NCBI GenBank assembly: GCA_963851265.1
Contig: CAWKNZ010000010.1
Coordinates: forward strand, 32,001-96,000
Source of the DNA: an uncultured Gemmatimonadales bacterium
GTDB lineage: Bacteria > Gemmatimonadota > Gemmatimonadetes > Gemmatimonadales > Gemmatimonadaceae
Length of the DNA: 64,000 nt
Direction of reading: 5' to 3'
Shown here: positions 38,478 through 48,760 of the stretch, piece by piece
How the letters are laid out: every line of letters begins with the position of its first letter
Numbering within the stretch: position 1 is the stretch's first letter
The notes under the pieces: model-generated
Databases searched by the model: none
The model's input: the letters and a program-made list of their open reading frames with translations, nothing else
What the model was told of the DNA's origin: nothing
Translations under genes and position numbers: made by a program

Positions 38478-39551
38478 ATGCGCACGACGACTAGCCACAC
38501 GAGCCAAACTCCCCCACGTGTCCTCGTCACGGGCGCCGGCGGGTTCATCGGCCACCACCTGACGAGCTACCTCAAGGGGCTCGGATACTGGGTGCGCGGC
38601 GTCGACGTGAAGGCGCCCGAGTACGAGGACTCGCGCGCCGACGAGTTCATGCTGCTCGACCTGCGTCGCTGGGAGAACTGCCTCGCCGCCACGGCCGGAG
38701 TGGACGAGGTGTACGCGCTCGCCGCTGACATGGGAGGCATGGGGTTCATCTCAAAGCACCACGCGGCGATCCTGCACAACAACATCCTGATCAGCACGCA
38801 CACGCTGGACGCGGCGCGGGAGAACGGGGTGAAGCGCTACCTCTACACGTCGTCGGCCTGCATCTATCCCGAATACCGGCAGCTCACGGCGGACGTCACG
38901 CCGCTGCGCGAGGAGGACGCGTATCCGGCGCAGCCGCAGGACGCGTACGGCTGGGAGAAGCTGGTGACCGAGCGCCTCTGCGCGCACTACAGCGAGGAGC
39001 ACGGCATCGCGACCCGCGTCGTCCGGTTCCACAACATCTTCGGCCCGTTAGGCACGTGGGACGGCGGACGCGAGAAGGCGCCGGCCGCGATGTGCCGCAA
39101 GGTCGCGCTCGCGAAGCTCACGGGGCGCCCGGAGATCGACATCTGGGGCGACGGCGAGCAGACGCGCTCGTTCTGCTACATCGACGACTGCGTCGAGGGC
39201 ATCTACCGCCTCATGCGCTCAGATTACGCGGAGCCGCTCAACCTCGGCCAGGACCGGCTCATCTCGATCAACCAGCTCGCCGACATGGTCGCCGCGGCGG
39301 CCGGCACGGTCATCGAGAAGCGCCACGTGCCCGGCCCTCAGGGGGTGCGCGGGCGCAACTCCGACAACGCGCGGCTCCGTGAGGTGCTCGGCTGGGAGCC
39401 GGTGATCTCGCTCGAAGACGGCGTCGCGCGCACGTACGCGTGGATTGAGGGCCAGGTCCGCGCGCGCACGGCCGACGTCGCTCCGGCCGTGGCGGCGCCC
39501 GCACACGGGCTGCGCGCGGTCCCATCTCGCGCGACGGCGATCACCGCGTGA
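38478..39551 (+). CDS. NAD-dependent epimerase, GDP-mannose 3,5-epimerase-like
   Basis: TGAGGFIG, LAADMGGMGFI, SSACIYP, PQDAYGWEK, GGREKAPAAMCRK, GVRGRNSDN. Confidence 0.85.
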   Translation: MRTTTSHTSQTPPRVLVTGAGGFIGHHLTSYLKGLGYWVRGVDVKAPEYEDSRADEFMLLDLRRWENCLAATAGVDEVYALAADMGGMGFISKHHAAILHNNILISTHTLDAARENGVKRYLYTSSACIYPEYRQLTADVTPLREEDAYPAQPQDAYGWEKLVTERLCAHYSEEHGIATRVVRFHNIFGPLGTWDGGREKAPAAMCRKVALAKLTGRPEIDIWGDGEQTRSFCYIDDCVEGIYRLMRSDYAEPLNLGQDRLISINQLADMVAAAAGTVIEKRHVPGPQGVRGRNSDNARLREVLGWEPVISLEDGVARTYAWIEGQVRARTADVAPAVAAPAHGLRAVPSRATAITA

Positions 39552-40378
39552 GTGTCCCCATCGCGCGCGCCGGCAGCCTGACGCACCCGGCCGACGGAGC
39601 CGGGCCGGCCCGCGTCGACGTGCTTGGCGTGCGCGTCAGCGCCATCGACCCGCCCACCGCGCTCGCAACGTTCGACGGGTGGATCAGGCGCGGGGAGCGC
39701 CGGTACGTTTGCGTGAGCGGCGTGCACGGCGTGATGGAGAGCCTGCGCGACCCGGCGCTGCGCGCCATTCACAACGCGGCCGGCCTGGTCACCCCGGACG
39801 GCATGCCGCTCGTCTGGCTGAGTCGCCTGGCCGGGCACACGCGTGCCGCGCGCGTGTACGGGCCCGACCTCATGCTCGCCGCGTGCGCGCACGGCGTCGC
39901 GCGCGGTTGGCGCCACTACTTCTACGGCGGGGGCGACGGCGTGCCCGAACTGCTCGCCGAGCGGTTGCGCGCGCGCGTGCCCGGGCTCGAGGTCGTCGGG
40001 ACGTACTCGCCGCCTTTCCGCGCGCTCTCCACGGACGAGGACGACGCCGTCGTCACGCGCATCAACGCGACCGGCGCCGACGTCGTGTGGGTCGGCCTCA
40101 GCACCCCAAAGCAGGAGCGGTGGATGGCGGCGCACCGCGAGCGCCTCGCGGCGCCGGTGCTCGTCGGCGTCGGCGCGGCGTTCGACTTCCACGCCGGACT
40201 GAAACGGCAGGCCCCGCGTTGGATGCAGCGGAGTGGGCTCGAGTGGGCGTTCCGGCTCGCGAGCGAGCCGCGGCGGCTCGGGCGCCGGTACCTCGTCAAC
40301 AACCCGCTGTTCGTGTGGCACGTCGCGCGTCAACTGGTCGCGGCGCGTGCGGCGGGCCTGCGGGTCGCGCGCCCGTGA
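39548..40378 (+). CDS. WecG/TagA/CpsF family glycosyltransferase (GT26)
   Basis: PDGMPLVW, RVYGPDLM, WVGLSTPKQE, VGAAFDF, GLEWAFRLASEPRRL. Confidence 0.92.
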   Translation: MSVPIARAGSLTHPADGAGPARVDVLGVRVSAIDPPTALATFDGWIRRGERRYVCVSGVHGVMESLRDPALRAIHNAAGLVTPDGMPLVWLSRLAGHTRAARVYGPDLMLAACAHGVARGWRHYFYGGGDGVPELLAERLRARVPGLEVVGTYSPPFRALSTDEDDAVVTRINATGADVVWVGLSTPKQERWMAAHRERLAAPVLVGVGAAFDFHAGLKRQAPRWMQRSGLEWAFRLASEPRRLGRRYLVNNPLFVWHVARQLVAARAAGLRVARP

Positions 40379-41781
40379 GCGCCGTCCCGGCGGAGAGTCT
40401 GCGGGCGACCGTGCTGCGGGGCGGGACGTACCTCGCGGTGCGTCAAGTCGCGACGCTCGGCATCCACCTCGTCGGCGTGCTCCTGCTGACGCGAATCATC
40501 GGGCCGCGCGCGTACGGTCTCTACGCGGCCGCGTTCGGCATCCACACCTACCTGTACTACATCACGCAGTGCGGGCTCGGGGTGTACCTCATCCGCCGCG
40601 AGGACGACGCGGGGGTCGCCGACTACCACCAGGCCTTCACCCTGTTCCTGCTCCTCGGCATCGGTGGCGCCCTCGCCGCCGAGCTCGCGGTCCCGCTCAT
40701 TCACTGGTGGACGCGGCTCGACGGCCTCACGCCGCTGGCCCGGACGATGTTCGTCGCGCTGCCGATCCAACTCACCGCCCTCACGGCGTCCGCCAAGCTG
40801 GAGCGCGCACTCGACTACCGCCGCGTGGCGATGTCGGAGCTGCTGGGCTACGTGGCCTTCTACGGCGTCGCGCTGCCGCTTGCCGTCGCCGGGCGCGGGC
40901 CGTGGGCCCCCGTCGCGGGGTTCTGGGCGCAACAACTCGTGCTTGCCGCGCTCTACTTCGGGAACGCGAGATATCGGCCCCGGTTCGTCTGGGATCGCGC
41001 GCGCATTCGGCCGATGCTGCGCTACGGCGTGGGGTACTCCGGCGCCACGTGGGTGTGGCAGCTTCGCGACCTCGTGAACGCGCTCGTCGTCGGCCGCTAC
41101 GCGGGCGCGGCGGCCGTCGGCTACGTGGCGTTCACCGTGCGGCTCGTTGACGGGCTGAGCTTCACGAAGACGGCAGCCTGGCGGCTCTCGCTCGCGGTGC
41201 TCGCGCGGCTCCAGCACGACCAGCGGCGGCTCACGGGCGCGCTGAGCGAAGGCATGCAGCTGCAGGTGCTCGCGGGCGGCCCGATGTTGGTCGCATTCGG
41301 GTTCGTCGCCCCGTTCGCCGTCGGCCGGTTCTTCGGCGGGCGCTGGGTCCCGGTACTCGGGATCTATCCGTACATCGCACTGGCGTACCTGACCAACGCG
41401 CTGTTCAACCTGCACTCCTCGGCGCTCTACGTCGTGCGGCGGACGTGGGACGTCGCGGCGTTCCACACCGCGCACGTCGCGCTGTTCGCTGGCGGCGCGC
41501 TCCTCCTCGTCCCGCGCTTCGGAATGGCCGGCTACGGGTGGGCCGAAATGGTCGCGTTAGGCAGCTACGCGGTGGTGCACGCGCGCGTCGCCCGAAACAT
41601 CGGCACGCCGAGCTACGGCGTGGCGTGGCCGTTGTGGCTCGCGTGGGCGACGCTCCTCTTCTGGCGCGAGCTCGGGTGGTGGTGCCTCGTCGGGCCGCTC
41701 ACGGCCGCCGTGTGGCCCGGAGCCGTCCGCCAGCTGCGAACCTACGTCACGAACGTCGCGGGGTTGATCTATGCGCGCTGA
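40375..41781 (+). CDS. wzx: Oligosaccharide flippase
   Basis: Multi-TM MOP-family pattern (LLTRIIGPRAYGLYA; GRYAGAAAVGYV) in EPS operon. Confidence 0.8.
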   Translation: MSAVPAESLRATVLRGGTYLAVRQVATLGIHLVGVLLLTRIIGPRAYGLYAAAFGIHTYLYYITQCGLGVYLIRREDDAGVADYHQAFTLFLLLGIGGALAAELAVPLIHWWTRLDGLTPLARTMFVALPIQLTALTASAKLERALDYRRVAMSELLGYVAFYGVALPLAVAGRGPWAPVAGFWAQQLVLAALYFGNARYRPRFVWDRARIRPMLRYGVGYSGATWVWQLRDLVNALVVGRYAGAAAVGYVAFTVRLVDGLSFTKTAAWRLSLAVLARLQHDQRRLTGALSEGMQLQVLAGGPMLVAFGFVAPFAVGRFFGGRWVPVLGIYPYIALAYLTNALFNLHSSALYVVRRTWDVAAFHTAHVALFAGGALLLVPRFGMAGYGWAEMVALGSYAVVHARVARNIGTPSYGVAWPLWLAWATLLFWRELGWWCLVGPLTAAVWPGAVRQLRTYVTNVAGLIYAR

Positions 41782-42826
41782 GCCGCTCGTGAGCATCCTG
41801 ATCAACAACTACAACTACGGGCACGTGCTCGGCGACGCGATCGACAGCGCGCTCGCCCAGACCTACCCGCGCGTCGAGGTCGTGGTCGTAGACGACGGGT
41901 CGACCGACGATTCGCGCCGCGTGATCGAAAGCTACGGGTCGCGGATCGTCCCGGTTCTGCAGGCCAACGGCGGGCAGTGCGCGGCCGTGAGCGCGGGGTT
42001 CACCGCGAGCCGCGGCGAGATCCTCTGCCTGCTCGACTCCGACGACGTGTTCTTTCCGACGAAGGTCGCGCGCGTGGTCGAGGTGTTCGAGGAGCACGCG
42101 GAGGTCGCGTGGATGAAGCACGCGCTCCAGGTCGCCGACGGGCGTCTGCGTCCGGTTGGCGGGCTCACGCCGCCGATCGCGAAGTCGCGCGTACTGCGCC
42201 CGCGCCCGAGTGCCGCGCTCGAGGACAAGACCCGCTTCGTCGTGTCGTCCGGCGTGTCGGTTCGGCGATCGACCGCGGAGCGCTACCTCCCGATTCCGCC
42301 GGAGCACCTCGCCGAGTGGCGCTTCTGCGCCGACGCATACGTCGGTTTCTGGAGCAGCGTGTACGGCGCCTCGTACGAACTCGCCGAGCCGCTCGGCTAC
42401 TACCGGCGCGAGGATTATCAGCGCGTGCTCACCGACGACGACCTCGTGCTCTGGCTGGAGCGGCAAAACACGCTCGAGACGCGCTTCGCGCGGATGTGGT
42501 CGGAGCACACGGGGCGCGCCGTCCTCGGCTCGGACGTGCGGAAGCATCACTTGATCATCGACACCCTTCGCGGCGCCCCGTTGTTGGCCGGCGCGCGACG
42601 CCGCGAGCTCCTCGCGGGACTCGTCGACCTCTCCCGGATCACACGCGCCGAGCCCGTGCTCGCGGCGCGGCAGGCAGTCGGGCTGCTCGTTGCGTTCGGC
42701 GCTCCGCGCGCCTGGATCGCGCGCCTCTGCCGCGTGCTCGGTGTCGAGCACGCGACGGGCGGCCCACCCGCGAAATCGGGCGAGCGTCCCGCCGTGCCTG
42801 TCAACAGCCTGCATCACTTCACGTGA
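41771..42826 (+). CDS. Glycosyltransferase family 2
   Basis: PLVSILINNYNY, VDDGSTD, LLDSDD. Confidence 0.9.
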   Translation: MRAEPLVSILINNYNYGHVLGDAIDSALAQTYPRVEVVVVDDGSTDDSRRVIESYGSRIVPVLQANGGQCAAVSAGFTASRGEILCLLDSDDVFFPTKVARVVEVFEEHAEVAWMKHALQVADGRLRPVGGLTPPIAKSRVLRPRPSAALEDKTRFVVSSGVSVRRSTAERYLPIPPEHLAEWRFCADAYVGFWSSVYGASYELAEPLGYYRREDYQRVLTDDDLVLWLERQNTLETRFARMWSEHTGRAVLGSDVRKHHLIIDTLRGAPLLAGARRRELLAGLVDLSRITRAEPVLAARQAVGLLVAFGAPRAWIARLCRVLGVEHATGGPPAKSGERPAVPVNSLHHFT

Positions 42827-44427
42827 GTCGAGCCCGGCGCCTCGACGCGCCTCTGGTCGTCGCAGCGGGCGGCGCGATGACCGTGGGTGCCGTGACCGCG
42901 GTCGCGCCCCCGGCCGGACTCGCGGCTGCCGCCGGCGCGCTCGGGCTCACGCTCGTGTTTTCTAACGTCGCGGAGTTCACGCGGCGTGCGATCGCGCTCC
43001 TCGGCTTCACCCTGACCGGGTACGCATTCCTCGGTAAGGGTTTCGCGTACCTCGGTGCGCCACCGCTCTTCATCGGCGAGATCGCGCTCACCGCGATGCT
43101 GCTCGCGGCGCTCCTCCGAGGTGCATGGGGACCCGTCGTGCGCTCGCCGGTGGTCTACGCGCTCGTCGCGTTTGGGCTCTGGGGCGCGAAGCAGACCGTG
43201 CCCTACTGGTCCACCGCCGGGATCGTCGCCCTGCGCGACGCGGTGCTCTGGGGATACGGCGCGTTCGTGATCACGGTGGCGGCGTTGTTCGCCCGCCGCG
43301 ACACGATGGAGGGCGCGATCCGGGCGTACGGCCGCTACTTCATCTGGCTACCGATCTGGATGCCGTTCTACGGCATCGTCGCCCGGGTCGCGGGCGCGTC
43401 GTCGCCGATCATGCCGGGGTCCGACGTTCCCCTGCTCTACTTCAAGCCCGGCGATGCGGCCGTGCACCTCGCCGGCATCGCGGCATTCGTGCTCCTCGGT
43501 CTCGCGGACACCGTCGGCAGCGAGCGGTCGCCGCTCGAGGCGGCGGCGTGGCGCCCCTGGGCGTGGTGGACGCTCTGGTTCGGCGGAATGGCGGTGGCGG
43601 CGTCCGCCTCGCGCGGCGGCTTTCTCGCGGCGGCGCTCGCCGTCGCGCTCTCGGTCGCCCTGGGCCTGTCACGGCGCCGGCGCGTCGCGTGGTGGCGACC
43701 CGCCGTGACGGCGATGGTCGTCGGCACCGTGTTCGTCGCCGCCAACGTCGACATCGATGTCGGACTGCCGCGCAAGATCTCGTCGCGGCAGTTCGTGTCG
43801 AACGTCCTCAGCATCGGCAGCTCGCACAACGCGGACATCGACCTCGCCGGCACCGTCGAGTGGCGGCTCGCGTGGTGGGACGGCATCCGCAACTACACCC
43901 TGCACGGGCCATACTACTGGAACGGCAAGGGCTTCGGCGTGAACCTCTCGGAGGACGACGGGTTCCGCACGTCCGGCGGTCTCGGCGAGGCGCCCAACCG
44001 CAACCCGCACAGCATCCACTACAACGTCCTCGCGCGCATGGGGGTGCCGGGAGCGGTGCTGTGGGCCGTGCTGCAGCTGACGTTCGTCGCTTCGATGGTC
44101 GCCGCCTACGTGCGCGCGCGCCGCCGCGGCTGGGACTGGTGGGAGCGGGTCAACATCTGGATTCTCGCCTACTGGCTGGCGCTCGTCGTGAACGGGTCGT
44201 TCGACGTGTTCATCGAGGGGCCGCAGGGCGGCATCTGGTTCTGGTCGGTGATCGGGCTCGGCGTGGCGGCGCTCGACGCGCAGCGCCGCCACGCCCGGGC
44301 GTCAGGCGCCCGGCCGGTCTCCGCGCCCGGTCACGGCGCGGGCGCCATCGCACCCGACGTCGTGCGCGTCGCGGCCGTGCCGCTCGCGTCGACGCCGTAC
44401 GCGCGCCACTCGGACCATCGGCGGTAG
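42823..44427 (+). CDS. O-antigen ligase / Wzy polymerase-like membrane protein
   Basis: Multi-TM; SASRGG, WRLAWW, GKGFG, NPHSIH..VLARMG. Confidence 0.8.
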   Translation: MSRARRLDAPLVVAAGGAMTVGAVTAVAPPAGLAAAAGALGLTLVFSNVAEFTRRAIALLGFTLTGYAFLGKGFAYLGAPPLFIGEIALTAMLLAALLRGAWGPVVRSPVVYALVAFGLWGAKQTVPYWSTAGIVALRDAVLWGYGAFVITVAALFARRDTMEGAIRAYGRYFIWLPIWMPFYGIVARVAGASSPIMPGSDVPLLYFKPGDAAVHLAGIAAFVLLGLADTVGSERSPLEAAAWRPWAWWTLWFGGMAVAASASRGGFLAAALAVALSVALGLSRRRRVAWWRPAVTAMVVGTVFVAANVDIDVGLPRKISSRQFVSNVLSIGSSHNADIDLAGTVEWRLAWWDGIRNYTLHGPYYWNGKGFGVNLSEDDGFRTSGGLGEAPNRNPHSIHYNVLARMGVPGAVLWAVLQLTFVASMVAAYVRARRRGWDWWERVNIWILAYWLALVVNGSFDVFIEGPQGGIWFWSVIGLGVAALDAQRRHARASGARPVSAPGHGAGAIAPDVVRVAAVPLASTPYARHSDHRR

Positions 44428-45917
44428 TCCCCGGCCCAGTTGTAGGGACGGGGGTTCTGCCCGAGGGTGTACGTGTTCCGCTCGAATCGGTTGTTGCGCG
44501 TGTAGATGGTGCTGTCGACATCGGACACCGCGCCGGCGCTGCGCGCCCACTCCCACGTCGTCCCCACGTCAATGGTGTTGTCGTGCACGTAGACGTTCTG
44601 CACGAGGTACTGGCCGTAGGCGCCGCCGCCGCGCGCCTGCTGAACGAGCGCGATCCCCGTCGCGTTGTCGCGGAGCGTGTTGCCGTAGACCTCGACGTTC
44701 GGCGACGCGTGGACGCCGATGCCCGCGCCCCAGAGCCAGTAGTTCTTGCGCACGTCCTGCTGCCCGTTCCCGACGAGCGTGTTGTTGCGGATCACGCAGC
44801 CCGGCCCGTTGGTCTCGTGCGCGATGCCCTCGCGCACGTTGTACTCGACGCGGTTGCCTTCGTAGAGCACGTCGCGGTTGTCGATGTCGGTCCACAGGCC
44901 GACGCCGCCGTTGTGGTGGCTGTAGTTGTTTCGCACCGCCGCCCAGCGGGTCTTCACGAGCTTCCCGCCCCCGCCCTCGAAGTCCATGTTCGAAGCCGTG
45001 GGGTTGTTGTAGGCGATCTCGTTGCCCTCGATCACGACCGAGTCGCCGATGCCGCCGTAGCCCATCGAGGCGTTGCGGAAGAGCCGCGAGCGGAGCAGGT
45101 GCGTGCGGTTCCCGACGCGGACGCCGAGGTAGCCGTTGTCGCTCACGTCGAGCGAATCGAGTGTCCAGCGCGCGCCGCCGCCGTCCTCCGACAGTCCCGC
45201 CTGGATCGCCCCGGTCTGGAACGGGGGCGCGTACTGCGTCACGACGAGGTTCGTGATCGTGACGTCGTTCGGGTAGGGCTGCTGCTGGCCGAACGTGAAC
45301 GCGAACTGCGTGACACCTTCACCCGTGAGGATCGTGCCTGCGCCCTCACCGCGGAACGTGTCACCGCTCTTCGGAACGACGCTCTGCCGAACGTACCGTC
45401 CGGCCTTGAGCAAGAACGTCGTCCCCGCGGGATTCGCGTCGACGGCCGCCTGGATGCTCTGTTGCGCCGTGAGGACCACCATTGGAGGTACCGGGGCCGT
45501 GACGACCACCCACGTGGTGTCTTGGCGCGTGATCGCGGTCGCGCTCGCGACGACGCGCCCGGTACCGGTACCGATGCCCTTCGCGACGCCGCTCGCGTCG
45601 ACCGTGACGACGGCGGGGTCGATCGACGTCCAGCGAATCGACTTCGCCGCCGCCGTCGGCCCCGAGTAGACGCGGGTGATCGACGTCGTCAGAGCGCGGG
45701 TCGCGCCGACCGAAAGGCGGACGACCACGGCGCCGGGCGGAGGGGTGATCGAGGTGGACGTCACGCCGGCGGCGGTGCCGGACGTCGCGACCGCGCTGAG
45801 CGACGGGGCGACGCCCGCGTGGGGCGCGTCGACGCCGTCCGTCCCGCACGCGGCGGCGACGACGAGCAGGGGAGTCGCGAGGATTGCGGGCACGGGCGCA
45901 AATATGCGCTGGCGCAT
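44331..45917 (-). CDS. Secreted lipoprotein: Ig-like (Big_2) domain + right-handed parallel beta-helix (pectin-lyase fold)
   Basis: Lipobox AAAC; WTSIDPAVVTVDASGVAKGIGTG (Big_2); Asn-ladder repeats (IEGNEIAYN, VRNNYSHHNGGVGLWTD, IRNNTLVGNG, VYGNTL, VHDNTI). Confidence 0.85.
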   Translation of the reverse strand: MRQRIFAPVPAILATPLLVVAAACGTDGVDAPHAGVAPSLSAVATSGTAAGVTSTSITPPPGAVVVRLSVGATRALTTSITRVYSGPTAAAKSIRWTSIDPAVVTVDASGVAKGIGTGTGRVVASATAITRQDTTWVVVTAPVPPMVVLTAQQSIQAAVDANPAGTTFLLKAGRYVRQSVVPKSGDTFRGEGAGTILTGEGVTQFAFTFGQQQPYPNDVTITNLVVTQYAPPFQTGAIQAGLSEDGGGARWTLDSLDVSDNGYLGVRVGNRTHLLRSRLFRNASMGYGGIGDSVVIEGNEIAYNNPTASNMDFEGGGGKLVKTRWAAVRNNYSHHNGGVGLWTDIDNRDVLYEGNRVEYNVREGIAHETNGPGCVIRNNTLVGNGQQDVRKNYWLWGAGIGVHASPNVEVYGNTLRDNATGIALVQQARGGGAYGQYLVQNVYVHDNTIDVGTTWEWARSAGAVSDVDSTIYTRNNRFERNTYTLGQNPRPYNWAGDYRRWSEWRAYGVDASGTAATRTTSGAMAPAP

Positions 45918-45938
45918 GAGCAGGGACCTGATGTGGTG

Positions 45939-46058
45939 TCGTTCGGCAACCCGGCCGGCCTGGCACACAGCGGAAGTGCGTGTGCGGTAGCCCCGTGGCT
46001 TTGCGGCCCCGGCTTTCGCCGGGTGTGCCTTTGTCGCGGCCTCATTAGGCCTAACGAT
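45939..46058 (-). ncRNA. c-di-GMP-I (GEMM-I) riboswitch, copy 1
   Basis: Minus strand GCGACAAAGGCACACCCGGC-GAAA-GCCGGGGCCGCAAAGCCACGGGGCTACC...GGCCGGCCGGGTTGCCGAA, about 20 nt upstream of the 45917 start. Confidence 0.85.
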
Positions 46059-46159
46059 CGAATGCCGTGCTGCGGCGCGGTCGGATCAACCGCACGGCCA
46101 GGACGCGCAATCCGACCCCGCGTCACGGCGCGTCGCGCGCGCGCGGTGTGGCTCGGCTG

Positions 46160-47515
46160 ATGCGGCCCGTGTTCCGCGCGGCCGCGTCTCGGGTTGCGAC
46201 ACGGCTCTCGCGCCGCGTCTGGTTCGCGTCGGCCGCGCCCTCGATCACGACCTGGATCGGGGAGTCGGTGTTCCGGCGATCCGGCCGACGCGTCGCGGCG
46301 GCCGCCGGGCCCGACGTCGCGCACGCGCGGCGGATCCTCGTCGTGCGCCTCGACAAGATCGGCGACGTCGTCCTCACCACGGCCTTCCTGCGGGAACTCG
46401 CGCGGAGCGCGCCGCGCGCGCGCATCACCGTGGTCGTCAGTCCCGGCATGCGCGTCGTGGTCGACGGCTGCAGCGGCGTCGACGAGGTGCTGACCTACGA
46501 CGCGCGCGCGTCACGCTACCTCGGACCGCTCCGGAACGCTCACGCCGCAGCGTACGCGGCCCGACACCTCTGGCCGCGGCGCTTCGACGTCGCGATCGTG
46601 CCGCGCTGGGACGTCGACTACTACCACGCCGCGGCGCTCGCTTACCTCAGCGGTGCACCCATGCGGCTCGGCGTGTCGGAACGGGTCACGCCGATCAAGG
46701 CGCGCCTCAACCGCGGGTACGACCGCTTTTATACGCATTTGAGCGAAGACGCCGAGGCGCGGCACGAGGTCGAGCACGGATTCTCGCTGCTCCGGCGCGT
46801 GGGGGCCACGGTCGAAGCCGAACACCTCGAGGTGCAGCCGCCGCCGGAGGCCGTCACTTTCGCCGCGGATCTCTTCCGCACGCACGACGTCGCCGCCGAC
46901 GATCTCGTGATCGCGTTCGCGCCCGGGGCGGGCGCGGCGCGGCGGCAGTGGCCGGCCGATCGCCTCGCGACCGTCGCGGCCTGGGTCGCCGCGCAGCCGC
47001 GCGCGCGCGTCGTGCTCCTCGGCGGCTCGGCCGACGCACGGCTCGGCGCGGACCTCGCCCGCGCCGTCGGCGCGGGGGTGATCGATCTCGTCGGGCGCGC
47101 GTCGCTGCCGCAGACCGTCGCCGTTCTCAGACGCTGTGCGCTGTTCGTCGGCAACGACTCGGGCCCAATGCACCTCGCGGCAGCGGCGGGCGCGCGCGTC
47201 GTCGCCGTTTCGTGCCATCCCGAAGGTGGCTCCGCGCTGCACGAAAACGCACCGGAGCGCTTCGCGCCCTGGGGCGTACCGTACACCATCGTGCGCCCTG
47301 CTCACGCTGCTGCACCCTGCGTAGACGGCTGCGAGATGCCGCATCCGCACTGCATCCGCGGCGTCACGGTCGATGCCGTCCGCGCCGCGGTCGCCGAACA
47401 CCTCGCCCAGATCACCCCCCAGTCACCGCTCGCGCACCCCAGCGACGCGCGGTGGCCGGACCACGGCCGCAACTCCCCCTCGCTCACCTCGCCGACCGGA
47501 GAAGGGACACGATGA
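46160..47515 (+). CDS. Glycosyltransferase family 9 (heptosyltransferase-like)
   Basis: RILVVRLDKIGDVVL, APGAG...RQWP, FVGNDSGPMHLAAA. Confidence 0.88.
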   Translation: MRPVFRAAASRVATRLSRRVWFASAAPSITTWIGESVFRRSGRRVAAAAGPDVAHARRILVVRLDKIGDVVLTTAFLRELARSAPRARITVVVSPGMRVVVDGCSGVDEVLTYDARASRYLGPLRNAHAAAYAARHLWPRRFDVAIVPRWDVDYYHAAALAYLSGAPMRLGVSERVTPIKARLNRGYDRFYTHLSEDAEARHEVEHGFSLLRRVGATVEAEHLEVQPPPEAVTFAADLFRTHDVAADDLVIAFAPGAGAARRQWPADRLATVAAWVAAQPRARVVLLGGSADARLGADLARAVGAGVIDLVGRASLPQTVAVLRRCALFVGNDSGPMHLAAAAGARVVAVSCHPEGGSALHENAPERFAPWGVPYTIVRPAHAAAPCVDGCEMPHPHCIRGVTVDAVRAAVAEHLAQITPQSPLAHPSDARWPDHGRNSPSLTSPTGEGTR

Positions 47516-48642
47516 GCACACATCTGCAGGCGCTCCGAACCGCGGCTCGGTCGCGGCCGTACTTCCCCGCCCTCGACGGTCTGCGCGCCGTGTGCGTGCT
47601 CCTCGTCATGACGTCGCACGTGCGTCAGGGATGGGCCGAGGCGCGGCCCGGACTCTTCGACGTGCTACACGGCGCACTGGGCGTATCGGTCTTCTTCGTC
47701 CTGTCCGGATTTCTCATCACGCTACTGTGCCTGCGCGAGGAGTCCGAGACGGGCGGTGTCGACTTTCGCGCGTTCTACCTGCGGCGCGCGTTCCGCCTCT
47801 TTCCGCTGTACTACCTCGTCCTCGGCGTCTACGTCGCGCTGGTCCTCGTGCTCCATCTGGACCCGCGGCGCGCGGCGTTCCGCCAGGCGCTGCCGTACTA
47901 CATGACGTATTTGCAGGAGCTGCCGCACTTCTTCGGGAACGGGACGGCCCCGTTCGAAATCTCGTGGTCGCTCGGGATCGAGGAGAAGTTCTACGTGGTG
48001 TGGCCCGCGCTCGCGTTCGCGCTCACGCACGGCGTCACGCGGCGGTTCGGCGTGGCCGCCGGCGTGCTCGCGCTTACGTTAGGCGCCGCCCCGGCGCTGG
48101 GCGCGCCGGTCAACGTCATCGCCGTCTTCCGCGACTACGGCGTGATCGGGCTCGGCTGCGCGCTCGCCCTCGTCGTCTTCGACGACCGGACCCGGGGCGC
48201 AGTGGCGGGGCTGGCGCGGGGGTGGGTGCCGCTCGTCGCGATCGCCGCGGTCGCCCTGAGCCGAGGCGACGTCTTAGTCGTCGGCGTCGCCACCGCCCTC
48301 GCCCTGCCGGCGCTCGTCGTTCAGGCGGGCCGCGTCTCCGGCGCACTCGCGTGCGGCCCGCTCGTGTGGCTCGGGCAGCGTTCGTACGGCGTGTACCTCG
48401 TGCATCAACTGACGCTGGGCATCGCGCGCAAGTTCGTCCGCGTCCCAGCGGGCGACGCGAACGAGTTCCTGACCTTCGTCGTCGGTCTCGCGCTCACCAT
48501 TCCTGTCGTCGCGGTGCTCTACCGCGCCGTCGAGCGGCCACTCATCGGCGTGGGACGACGCCTCGGCCAGCGGCGGGCACGTGCCGCGGCGACGCCCGAC
48601 GTTCCGCTTGCCTCGATGCCGGCGTCGGTTCCATCGGTCTGA
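47512..48642 (+). CDS. Acyltransferase-3 (OafA-like O-acetyltransferase)
   Basis: LDGLRAV, GVSVFFVLSGFLI, FYLRRAFRLFP, WSLGIEEKFY, SYGVYLVH, VERP. Confidence 0.9.
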   Translation: MSTHLQALRTAARSRPYFPALDGLRAVCVLLVMTSHVRQGWAEARPGLFDVLHGALGVSVFFVLSGFLITLLCLREESETGGVDFRAFYLRRAFRLFPLYYLVLGVYVALVLVLHLDPRRAAFRQALPYYMTYLQELPHFFGNGTAPFEISWSLGIEEKFYVVWPALAFALTHGVTRRFGVAAGVLALTLGAAPALGAPVNVIAVFRDYGVIGLGCALALVVFDDRTRGAVAGLARGWVPLVAIAAVALSRGDVLVVGVATALALPALVVQAGRVSGALACGPLVWLGQRSYGVYLVHQLTLGIARKFVRVPAGDANEFLTFVVGLALTIPVVAVLYRAVERPLIGVGRRLGQRRARAAATPDVPLASMPASVPSV

Positions 48643-48760
48643 ACGACTACGCGGCCCACTCGCCGGGATGGCGAGCGGGCCGCGTCGTTCGGGCCGGTTC
48701 CGGGCTCAGCGCCGCGCGCCGGTCACGGCCGCGTCCACGGCGTGAGCCGCGTGGACTACA

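Noticed and set aside
43125..46160. 1011-aa plus-strand ORF (and similar 600-760 aa ORFs at 156-2378, 27910-29913, 31556-33556, 48875-51157)
   Set aside because: Arg/Gly/Pro-rich off-frame or antisense shadows of recognisable genes, expected at this GC content.
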